64,000 bases of DNA from Candidatus Enterousia sp. (lineage in GTDB: Bacteria; Pseudomonadota; Alphaproteobacteria; Rs-D84): contig JAZLBQ010000004.1 in assembly GCA_045613785.1 (NCBI GenBank), positions 1 through 64,000 on the forward strand, given 5' to 3'. Under the pieces are notes generated by a model. The model was not told the origin of the DNA. It worked only from the letters and a program-made list of their open reading frames with translations, and did no database searches. This document shows positions 55,936-64,000 of this stretch, in pieces. Made by a program: the position numbers and the translations under genes. The number at the start of each line of letters is the position of its first letter. The stretch's first letter is position 1.

Positions 55936-58900
55936 ATGCTGAAATTTTTCGTTCGCCGACCAATTACCACACTGATGTTTGTTTTAGTGTGGGTTGTATT
56001 GGGGTTGGTTTCATTTCCGAATATGAACATTGAACGCACGCCTGCGGTTGATTTTCCGATGGTAACTGCGACCTTTGTTTATCCTGGTGCAACACCTGCA
56101 GAAATTGAATCTCAGATTATTAAACGTGCCGAAGACGCAATGTCAGAAGTGTCAGAATTAAAGAAAATAACATCTCAGGCTTATGAAAACAGTGGTTATG
56201 TTATGGCTGAATTTAACCTAGGTGTTGACGTAAATGACAAGGCGACAGAAATCAAAACAAAACTAGATTCACTGATATCCGAATTTCCCGAGGATATGAA
56301 TCAGCCTGTTGTCGAGAAGTTAAATCCATTGCAGCAGTCTGTTGTAGATATTGTTTTGCACGGTGCAGACGCACGTGATTTGGAAGAGTATGTTGATAAT
56401 TTCCTTTCTACAAAAATTACATCAATCAGTGGTGTTTCCAGTGTGTCGATTTTTGGTGGTCGTGAACGTGCAATTCGTATTGCGATGAATCCGGATTTGA
56501 TGGCTGCAAACGGTGTAACGATAATGGACGTAGTCTCTGCACTGGGGTCGCATAACTTGAACGTTCCTGGGGGTAAAATTGAGACAACAGCAAATTCATC
56601 AAACGTCCGTTTTGTAGGTGAATTTGCATCGGTTGAAGAAATTGCAAATCTGCGTTTAACAACTGTTGAAGGTAACAAGTTCAAATTATCTGACATTGCC
56701 CAGATTTCTGATGCTGCCCGTGATATTGAAAACGGTGCACGTTATAATGGTGAATCTGTTGTAATTGCATCTGTGGTCAAGGCGTCAGATGGAAATGCAA
56801 TAAATATATCACGTGCCTTGCACGAACGTCTGCCTCAGTTGCAATCGGATTTGGAATCACGTTTTCCGGGTGCACAGATGCAGATTGTTTCAGACTCGTC
56901 AATAACGATTGCAGATGAAACAGACAGCACAATCAATGGTATTGTTCTGGGGGTTGTTTTAACTATTTTGGTTTTGTTAGCGTTTACTCGTAATTGGCGT
57001 TCAACGGTTATCGCAGGTGTAGTGATTCCTGCGTCATTGCTGGCTGGATTCTTCTTTATGGACAAAGATGGCTTTACAATCAATGCTATGACCTTGCTGG
57101 CATATTCTTCGGCACTGGGGACGTTGGTATCGAATGCGATTATTTTGATTGAATCTGCCTTGCAAGAAATGCGTTCTGGCAAAAATTCCGAAGATGCCGC
57201 CATTGACGGAACTAAAAAAGTTGCCGTTTCTGTTTTGGCAGGTGTTGGCACAAACGTCGTAGTGTTCTTGCCGTTGGCGTTTATGGGCGGTATTGTTGGT
57301 CAGTTCATGGTTCAGTTTGGTATGACCGTTGTTTACTTGACATTGTTATCGTTGATGTTCTCGTTTACATTGACTCCGATGATGATTGCCAAGTTCCTGC
57401 GTCTAGGCAATCACGGCCAGGCCAAAAAAGAAAAACAAACATATCCAAAGCCGACCAGCACAGGTTGGTTGCGTCGTTGCTATGATTATCAGGCATCGCA
57501 TCCGTGGCGTGTATTAGGGATAGTGTTTGTGATATTTATTTCATCTACGATGTTGATGAAGTTTGTTGGAAATGAGTTTCAGCCATCAACTGATGCGAAC
57601 GAAATAACAATCACAGCACGTGCACCGATGGGGGCGACATTTGAAAAGTCTGAATCAATTGCCGTTGATATAGAACAGGCCTTGACCCAGTTCCCAGAGG
57701 TTAAATCAACAACAGTAAAAATCGGCGAACGTGGTCTTCAGAATATAACTGTGACTGTTGAATTAGTCGATGCATCTGAACGTAAATTATCAGACAAGAT
57801 TTTAGCACAAAAAATCCTACCGGCGATTGCGAATATTCCAGATGCAGAAATTCAAATCCGGGCAGGCGAAGCAATGTCATCTGGTGTTTCATCGGATTTG
57901 GTTTTAAATGTGTTTGGTGAAGATGATGCGACTCGTGAAGCGTATGCGGACAGAATTATTGAAATTGTAAACCGTATTCCCGAAGTTCAGTCTGCTGTTC
58001 GTGCTCAGCAAGCACCTGCCATGGAAACACAGTTTATTCCAGACCAAGACAAGATGAATTTCTGGGGTGTTCAAAATTCCTATGCAGGAACGACCTTGCG
58101 AACAGCACTTTACGGTAATGACGAATTCAAATACAAAGAATCCGGCGAAGAATACCCAATCATCTTGGAATTCGCCAAGCCCTTCAAAAATGCATCTTTG
58201 TTTGATACGGTCTATGTAAATTCGCAAAAAGGTATGGTGCCACTGTCGTCCTTAGGAACGGTCAAGACAGAACCAGGCACACCTGATATCCGCCGTGAAG
58301 ACAAAAACAGATACACCGAAATTGATATCAATATTGGAAAATCAACAATGGGGCCAGTCCAGGCAAAGATTCAATCTGAATTAAATAAAATTGATTGGCA
58401 AGCCGGCTATTTTACCAAGTTTGGTGGTATGTCTGATACCCAGGCAGAATCTGCCAGTGAAATTGGTCGTGCCTTCTTGTTGGCGACAATCTTGACCTTT
58501 ATGTTGTTGGCTGCGATATTGAATTCATTAGTTCATCCGTTTACGATTGCCACGTCGATTTTGACCAGTTTCACAGGCGTATTCGTTATGATGTTCTTGT
58601 CCGGGGCGACAATGAACGTTGGTGCGATGTTGGCGTTTGTTATGTTGGTTGGTTTGGTGGTAAATAACAATATTTTGGTTTTAGAGCCAACTATTGTCCG
58701 AATTTCTCAGGGACAAGACGCAAAAACAGCCTTGTGGGCAGAATTGACCGACAAACGCAATATGGTATTGATGACATCGATTGCCGTTATTGCTGGTATG
58801 GTTCCACAGTTATGGTCTATTGACGGTATGAAGGTCGCAATGGGTGCTGTTATGATTGGTGGTATGTTGGCCAGTCTGATATTTACCTTTACACTGACGC

Positions 58901-58959
58901 CGGCTTTATTCTTGCTTATGGAGCGTTTACGCACATGGCGAACACGGCTGAAAAAATAA
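55936..58959 (+). CDS. RND (AcrB/AcrD/AcrF family) transporter with degenerate proton-relay motif
   Basis: F+RRP, P.VDFP, YPGA.P.E+E, IPASL, FTLTPMM and LMTS; 12-TM layout; TM4 reads GTLVSNAI. Confidence 0.92.
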   Translation: MLKFFVRRPITTLMFVLVWVVLGLVSFPNMNIERTPAVDFPMVTATFVYPGATPAEIESQIIKRAEDAMSEVSELKKITSQAYENSGYVMAEFNLGVDVNDKATEIKTKLDSLISEFPEDMNQPVVEKLNPLQQSVVDIVLHGADARDLEEYVDNFLSTKITSISGVSSVSIFGGRERAIRIAMNPDLMAANGVTIMDVVSALGSHNLNVPGGKIETTANSSNVRFVGEFASVEEIANLRLTTVEGNKFKLSDIAQISDAARDIENGARYNGESVVIASVVKASDGNAINISRALHERLPQLQSDLESRFPGAQMQIVSDSSITIADETDSTINGIVLGVVLTILVLLAFTRNWRSTVIAGVVIPASLLAGFFFMDKDGFTINAMTLLAYSSALGTLVSNAIILIESALQEMRSGKNSEDAAIDGTKKVAVSVLAGVGTNVVVFLPLAFMGGIVGQFMVQFGMTVVYLTLLSLMFSFTLTPMMIAKFLRLGNHGQAKKEKQTYPKPTSTGWLRRCYDYQASHPWRVLGIVFVIFISSTMLMKFVGNEFQPSTDANEITITARAPMGATFEKSESIAVDIEQALTQFPEVKSTTVKIGERGLQNITVTVELVDASERKLSDKILAQKILPAIANIPDAEIQIRAGEAMSSGVSSDLVLNVFGEDDATREAYADRIIEIVNRIPEVQSAVRAQQAPAMETQFIPDQDKMNFWGVQNSYAGTTLRTALYGNDEFKYKESGEEYPIILEFAKPFKNASLFDTVYVNSQKGMVPLSSLGTVKTEPGTPDIRREDKNRYTEIDINIGKSTMGPVQAKIQSELNKIDWQAGYFTKFGGMSDTQAESASEIGRAFLLATILTFMLLAAILNSLVHPFTIATSILTSFTGVFVMMFLSGATMNVGAMLAFVMLVGLVVNNNILVLEPTIVRISQGQDAKTALWAELTDKRNMVLMTSIAVIAGMVPQLWSIDGMKVAMGAVMIGGMLASLIFTFTLTPALFLLMERLRTWRTRLKK

Positions 58960-58964
58960 GCACC

Positions 58965-58989
58965 GCCCCCATTATGGGGGCTTTTTTTT
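58965..58989 (+). terminator. Intrinsic terminator
   Basis: GCCCCCA-TTA-TGGGGGC-TTTTTTTT. Confidence 0.9.
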
Positions 58990-58995
58990 AATAAC

Positions 58996-59095
58996 TTGCA
59001 ATGGTGTAAATATGGTTTATAATTGCCATGGCGAAGACTAAATTGTTCCTTTGTGTGTTTATCACAGAATGCACAAAAGAATGATTTTTCTTCGC
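58996..59095 (+). promoter_or_regulatory. pnp promoter and long 5' leader hairpin
   Basis: TTGCAA-16-TATAAT; GCGAAGA (59031-37) pairs with TCTTCGC (59089-95) and encloses further helices. Confidence 0.7.
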
Positions 59096-59126
59096 AAAAT
59101 CAGAACTAAATAAAATGGAGAAAAAA

Positions 59127-61295
59127 ATGGTATTTGGTTTATTCAAGAAAGACGAAAAAGTCCAATTAAACAACCCAGTTGCTGTTGAAATTCCATACGG
59201 CAATACAACATTGCGTCTGGAAACGGGTCGTATGGCGAAACAGGCGAATGGTTCAGTTTTGGCGACCATGGGTGAAACAATGGTTTTGGCAACTGTTTGT
59301 GCGGAAAAGTCTGCCGTCGAAGGGCAAGATTTCTTTCCATTGACTGTTGACTACCAAGAAAAATTTGCATCTGCTGGTCGTATTCCAGGTTCACGTGATA
59401 GACGTGAAGGCAAAGCATCAACTGCTGAAACATTGACAGCACGTTTGATTGATCGCCCAATCCGTCCTTTGTTCCCAGAAACATTCAAGAACAAAGTTCA
59501 GATTATTGCCCAGGTGTTTTCTTATGACAAAGTCAATCAGCCTGACATTTTGGCAATGATTGCATCATCTGCTGCATTGGCTTTAAGTGGCGTTCCTTTC
59601 CAGGGGCCAATTGGTGCTGCTCGTGTTGGCTATGCAGACGGTGAATACATTTTGAATCCTTCTAAAAAACAGGTCGAAGATTCAGAAATGGATTTGGTTG
59701 TTGCTGCAACAAACAACGGCGTTTTGATGGTAGAATCTGAAATTGGCGAACTGGACGAAAAGACAGTTCTGGGTGCAGTTAAATTTGGTTTTGATGCACA
59801 ACAGGCCGTTATCAACGCAATCAACGAATTGGCTGCCAAGGCTGGCAAAGAACGTTGGGCAACACCTGAAAAAACACCAGAACAGATTTTGATGGAATCT
59901 GATTTTGAACAGTTTGCACCTGCAATCGAAGCGGCTTTGCAAATCAAAGAAAAATTGGTTCGTTTGGAAACATTGTCAGACATTCATGCCCAGGCAAAAG
60001 CACGTATTCCAGAATTGTTCCCAGAAACAGAACGTGCCACATCTACGTTGGAATCATGGGCTGATGAAGTTATTGAAAATTTAACAGCACGTATTATGCG
60101 TGGCAACATCTTGGCTGGCAAACCACGTATTGACGGCCGTGATAACAAGACAGTTCGTCCAATTGAAATTGAATTGGGTGTTCTGCCACGTGCACACGGT
60201 TCAGCATTGTTTACCCGTGGTGAAACCCAGGCTTTGGTATCATTGACATTGGGTGGTGGCAAAGACGCATTGCCAATTGAATCATTAGATGGTGCCGAAG
60301 AACGTGATTTCATCTTGAACTATAACTTCCCAGGTTATTCTGTTGGTGAATGCAAAGGTTTGAAATCTCCGGGTCGTCGTGAAATTGGTCACGGAAACTT
60401 GGCATGGCGTGCAGTTCATCCAATGGTTCCAACCCGCAGCGAATTTGATTATGTAATCCGTATTGTATCGGATATTTTGGAATCAAACGGTTCTTCATCA
60501 ATGGCGACAACATGTGGTGCGACATTGGCGATGATGGACGGTGGTGTTCCAATGAAACGTCCGGTTGCAGGTATTGCAATGGGCTTGATTAAAGAAGGTG
60601 ATGATTACGCTATCTTGACTGACATCTTGGGTGACGAAGATCACTTGGGTGATATGGACTTCAAGGTAACAGGAACAGACCAGGGTATCACAGCCTTGCA
60701 GATGGATATTAAAATCACATCTATCACATTTGAAATTATGGAACATGCATTGGCTCAGGCCAAAGATGGTCGTATGCACATCTTGGGCAAGATTGAAAAG
60801 GCAATCAAAAAGCCACGCTGCAATGTTTCAGAATATGCTCCACAGGCATATACAATGAAAATCAACCCAGACAAAGTTCGTGAAGTAATCGGCAAGGGCG
60901 GTTCTGTAATTCAGGCTCTGGTTCGTGAAACTAACACGATTATTGACTTGGAAGACGATGGATCAATTAAAATTATGGCAACAACCAAAGAAGATGCAGA
61001 CGAAGCAATCCGTCGCATCAAAGACATTGTTGCAGAACCAGAAGTTGGCCAGATTTACAAAGGAACAGTTTCTGGTATGAAAGACTTTGGTCTGTTTGTT
61101 AAAATTATGAACGGATTCGAAGCAATGGTTCATATTTCTGAAATCACCGGCGAACGTATTGCAAAAATCGAAGATACAAAAATCAAAGAAGGTGATACAG
61201 TTTACGTTCGTTATCTGGGTGCTGACAAACGTGGCAAAACACGTATGTCAATGGTTGGTATCGACCAGAAAACTGGTGAAGAAATCAAGAAATAA
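59127..61295 (+). CDS. pnp: Polyribonucleotide nucleotidyltransferase
   Basis: FFPLTVDYQEK, RLIDRPIRPLF, HGSALFTRGETQ, SNGSSSMA and DHLGDMDFKV; KH and S1 domains; RBS GGAG. Confidence 0.98.
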   Translation: MVFGLFKKDEKVQLNNPVAVEIPYGNTTLRLETGRMAKQANGSVLATMGETMVLATVCAEKSAVEGQDFFPLTVDYQEKFASAGRIPGSRDRREGKASTAETLTARLIDRPIRPLFPETFKNKVQIIAQVFSYDKVNQPDILAMIASSAALALSGVPFQGPIGAARVGYADGEYILNPSKKQVEDSEMDLVVAATNNGVLMVESEIGELDEKTVLGAVKFGFDAQQAVINAINELAAKAGKERWATPEKTPEQILMESDFEQFAPAIEAALQIKEKLVRLETLSDIHAQAKARIPELFPETERATSTLESWADEVIENLTARIMRGNILAGKPRIDGRDNKTVRPIEIELGVLPRAHGSALFTRGETQALVSLTLGGGKDALPIESLDGAEERDFILNYNFPGYSVGECKGLKSPGRREIGHGNLAWRAVHPMVPTRSEFDYVIRIVSDILESNGSSSMATTCGATLAMMDGGVPMKRPVAGIAMGLIKEGDDYAILTDILGDEDHLGDMDFKVTGTDQGITALQMDIKITSITFEIMEHALAQAKDGRMHILGKIEKAIKKPRCNVSEYAPQAYTMKINPDKVREVIGKGGSVIQALVRETNTIIDLEDDGSIKIMATTKEDADEAIRRIKDIVAEPEVGQIYKGTVSGMKDFGLFVKIMNGFEAMVHISEITGERIAKIEDTKIKEGDTVYVRYLGADKRGKTRMSMVGIDQKTGEEIKK

Positions 61296-61309
61296 GGACT
61301 GTAATTGAT

Positions 61310-61669
61310 ATGAAACCTGAACAGTTGAATTGGTCGGACTTTAAATGGGCGGTGCATCTGGATTGCAAAGCCCACAAAGTTCCAGCAATCAAGAAATTTG
61401 TAACAGAAAACTATTTTCCATGTATCGTAAAAAACAAGGAAACAGGTAAATACGCTTTTCAGCTGTCCAGATTGGACAAAGCGCCGTCTGGGGCAGAACG
61501 TGTGTTGCCGATGATGACTGGAAAAACCGAGTTTGCAACAGAAGCAGAAGCAATCACAAACGCAAACGAAGTAATCATTCCAGACTTGGAATTTAGTCCG
61601 ATTTTTGCGTGGACAAATGAAATTCCACGCCGTGCAATTCAAATGTTGCACATTGAAAAACAAAAATAA
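61310..61669 (+). CDS. Hypothetical protein
   Basis: RBS AAGGA; sits in the pnp-ybaB operon; core-like codon usage. Confidence 0.75.
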   Translation: MKPEQLNWSDFKWAVHLDCKAHKVPAIKKFVTENYFPCIVKNKETGKYAFQLSRLDKAPSGAERVLPMMTGKTEFATEAEAITNANEVIIPDLEFSPIFAWTNEIPRRAIQMLHIEKQK

Positions 61670-61687
61670 ATAACAGGGAGAGATTAA

Positions 61688-61984
61688 ATGGATATGGAAG
61701 CATTAATGGCTCAGGCTGCTGAATTACAGGCCAAGGTTGCCAATGCCCAGGAACAACTGGCAAAAACAACGGTCAAGGGTATTGCTGACGGTGGTGCATG
61801 CATCATCGATATGACTGGGAAATACGATATGGTAAAATTGACAATCCGTCCAGACGTTTTATCTGGTGGTGCGGCGGCTGTTGAACAGGCTGTTATGGCT
61901 GCCTACCTTGACGCCAAGGAAAAGGCTGATACAATAATCGACCAGGTTATGGGTGCGGCGACTGCTGGTGTTCCAATGCCATAA
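61688..61984 (+). CDS. ybaB: YbaB/EbfC nucleoid-associated protein
   Basis: M..LM.QA.ELQ.K+..AQE.L....V.G.A.GG pattern. Confidence 0.88.
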   Translation: MDMEALMAQAAELQAKVANAQEQLAKTTVKGIADGGACIIDMTGKYDMVKLTIRPDVLSGGAAAVEQAVMAAYLDAKEKADTIIDQVMGAATAGVPMP

Positions 61985-62005
61985 TGTATAAAATCGATAA
62001 AAAAG

Positions 62006-62030
62006 AAATCCCCGATTTGGGGATTTTTTT
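62006..62030. terminator. Bidirectional terminator
   Basis: AAATCCCC-GATTT-GGGGATTT-TTTT. Confidence 0.85.
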
Positions 62031-62343
62031 ATTTTCCAAAAATAAAAGATTTGTTTTGTGAAATCTCAATAATTGCATCAATGTTGTCGTTTTCTGCGGT
62101 TCGTTGGCGTTTAGTTTTTCCACAAACCTCACAAACGTGTGTTATTATAAATCTGTCGCCGTCTGGGCTAACAGAAACGGGCTTCATCATTCCGCCACAT
62201 GTTGCCGCCCGATCGCCTGGATTGTTGTCAACGTGTTTTGACCACAGACAATTTGGACAATGGTTTGTATATCCGTTTCCACGAACAACTGCACCACAAT
62301 GGGTGCAGTTAAAATCTTCGACTGTTTTTGTAAAGCCTTTCAT
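62029..62343 (-). CDS. RNHCP domain Zn-ribbon protein
   Basis: F.C..CG, TNHCP.CLWSKHVD..PGDRA..CGG.M.P and H.C..CG. Confidence 0.88.
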   Translation of the reverse strand: MKGFTKTVEDFNCTHCGAVVRGNGYTNHCPNCLWSKHVDNNPGDRAATCGGMMKPVSVSPDGDRFIITHVCEVCGKTKRQRTAENDNIDAIIEISQNKSFIFGK

Positions 62344-62591
62344 TATATCCCCAATGCATTACGATACATTTGTGTCAGTTCGTCGGCTTCGTCAATTTCA
62401 TCTGGATCCAGTTTACGCAGACGAATCATCTGGCGGATATATTTTGGGTCATAACCTGCAGATTTAGCCTCGGAATAAATTTCTTTGATGTCTGCTGCAA
62501 TGGCGGCAGTTTCTTCATTTAACTTTTCAATACGTTCAATAATACTCAACAACTGCTGGTTATCAAAAGCACCGTGATTTGCTTGTTTCAT
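62343..62591 (-). CDS. gapR: DUF2312 / GapR-like nucleoid-associated protein
   Basis: QL.SIIERIE.L.EE...I..DIKE+YSEAK..GYD.K.+R....LRK.D pattern. Confidence 0.88.
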   Translation of the reverse strand: MKQANHGAFDNQQLLSIIERIEKLNEETAAIAADIKEIYSEAKSAGYDPKYIRQMIRLRKLDPDEIDEADELTQMYRNALGI

Positions 62592-62687
62592 TTCTGTTTT
62601 CCCCTTGTTTATTTATAAAAGTTATGATATATCATAAATCACAAAAATCAAGAAAAACAAAAATACGAAAAACACAAGGGATGTCAA

Positions 62688-64000
62688 ATGAACAAGTTTA
62701 CCAAAATTACCGCATCAATTGGTCCAAAATGCGAAGACCGTGAAACACTAACCCGTATGATTCAGGCTGGGGTAAATATGTGCCGTATGAATTTTAGTCA
62801 TGACACAGGCGATGTCCAGGGACGTAAAATAGATATGATTCGTGAAATATCAGCACAGTTAAATACACCTGTTGCAGTAATGATTGACTTGCAAGGGCCA
62901 AAACATCGCATTGGGAACTTTGCAACCGAAGATAAATATCCACTGGAAATCGGTCAGAAGTTTACATTTGACACAGATCAGACACCTGGCGATTCAACCC
63001 GTGTTCAGTTGCCAGATGCTGATGTCTTGGAGTCATTAAAGGTTGGTGATAGAATTCTGTTGAATGACGGTAAAATAGAAATGCGTGTTGATTTTGCATC
63101 TGCGACCCGTGTTGATGCAACTGTTATTCGTGGCACAGAAATTTGGTCACGTCGTGGTTTTAATTTGCCAGACACAGAAATCAACACATCTGTTTTGACA
63201 GCCAAGGATCGCAAAGACTTGGAATATGCGATTACCAAGAAACCAGATTGGGTTGCAATATCATTTGTGCAACGTCCAGAAGACATTGCCGAAGTTCGTG
63301 ATTTTATCACCGAACGCACATCGCACCCAATTAAAATTATTGCTAAAATCGAACGTCCAAATGCAGTTGAACGCATAACAGATATTGCGGCCATTGCAGA
63401 CGGTATTATGATTGCACGAGGCGACTTGGCAGTTGAAGTTCCATATGCGTCTGTTCCTGCGATTTCACGTCATATTATTCGTGAATGTCGCAAAATGAAC
63501 AAGCCTGTTATTGTTGCGACACAAATGTTGGGTTCAATGGTAAACAGTGAATTTCCAACCCGTGCTGAAATCACAGACGTTGCAAACACAGCATACTTGC
63601 GTGCGGATTCAACAATGACGTCCGAAGAAACAACAATCGGTATGAATCCTGTAAATGTTATTGAAACAATGTATAATATTTTGGCAAATGCAGACAGTGA
63701 TGCGATTGCAAATCCATTTGATTGGTCACGTGTTGAAAATGTTCCAGAAAATGACTGGTCACGTTCTGTTGCGTCAATGGCGTATTTGAACCGTGCGTCT
63801 GCAATTGTTGTGTTTGCTCGTGATACGATTACAGCGACTGAAATTTCTTGTCGTAAACCAGATATCCCAGTTATTGCGGTATGCAATGAATCTGTAATTG
63901 CGAACCAGTTGTGTTTAGCACGTGGTGTATTCCCAATTTATGACAACGAATTGTTTGGGATGCGTGATGCGTTTAATGCGGCTCGTCGCTTTAACATAAA
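62688..64000 (+). CDS. pyk: Pyruvate kinase (runs off the window end; absent from ORF track)
   Basis: Translated by hand: TKITASIGP, RMNFSH, DLQGPK, AKIE, MIARGDLAVE, ATQML and PTRAE. Confidence 0.95.
   Translation, partial: MNKFTKITASIGPKCEDRETLTRMIQAGVNMCRMNFSHDTGDVQGRKIDMIREISAQLNTPVAVMIDLQGPKHRIGNFATEDKYPLEIGQKFTFDTDQTPGDSTRVQLPDADVLESLKVGDRILLNDGKIEMRVDFASATRVDATVIRGTEIWSRRGFNLPDTEINTSVLTAKDRKDLEYAITKKPDWVAISFVQRPEDIAEVRDFITERTSHPIKIIAKIERPNAVERITDIAAIADGIMIARGDLAVEVPYASVPAISRHIIRECRKMNKPVIVATQMLGSMVNSEFPTRAEITDVANTAYLRADSTMTSEETTIGMNPVNVIETMYNILANADSDAIANPFDWSRVENVPENDWSRSVASMAYLNRASAIVVFARDTITATEISCRKPDIPVIAVCNESVIANQLCLARGVFPIYDNELFGMRDAFNAARRFNI

Noticed and set aside
9600-64000. 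Frequent GCACGT/CACGTG words as a HIP1-like repeat
   Set aside because: Explained by the preferred GCA/ACA/TCA + CGT codon pairs; rarely seen in intergenic DNA (judged by eye, not counted).
1-64000. Stop-codon reassignment
   Set aside because: All conserved genes are full length in the standard code; the TAA preference fits the AT content.

Overview
This is a moderately AT-rich bacterial chromosome segment from an alphaproteobacterium (GapR/DUF2312, alpha-type L31, LpxD/FabZ). Gene style suggests a reduced, fermentative host- or gut-associated lineage, possibly Rs-D84/'Ca. Enterousia'-like; that assignment is inference. The window opens with a 5S rRNA gene followed by a ~5.4 kb array of small accessory genes, most separated by related CCGCCC-N4-8-GGGCGG-T(n) hairpins. 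Core genes follow: ptb, ppdK, PBP1A, mraY-ftsW-murG, dnaQ, uvrD, nusA-infB, lpxD-fabZ, rpmE, suhB-like, comF, valS, rpmH, gyrA, pnp, ybaB, gapR and a partial pyk. Points of most interest: (i) five clustered VirB6/TrbL-like membrane paralogs with no other T4SS gene nearby; (ii) two large paralogous secreted Cys-rich proteins; (iii) a tRNA-Glu/tRNA-Gln accessory region holding two APH-like kinases, an ART-like ORF read through into a second gene, and an HD protein, with one kinase flanked by inverted repeats and a 9-bp copy of the tRNA-Gln 3' end; (iv) a MarR-TolC-MFP-RND operon whose pump lacks the TM4 proton-relay aspartates and whose adaptor appears to lack its lipoyl and hairpin domains; (v) a catalytically degenerate SuhB; (vi) an apparently chimeric ValRS. 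No integrase, transposase, RT or CRISPR array was seen. All family assignments come from motifs recognised by eye, not from database searches.
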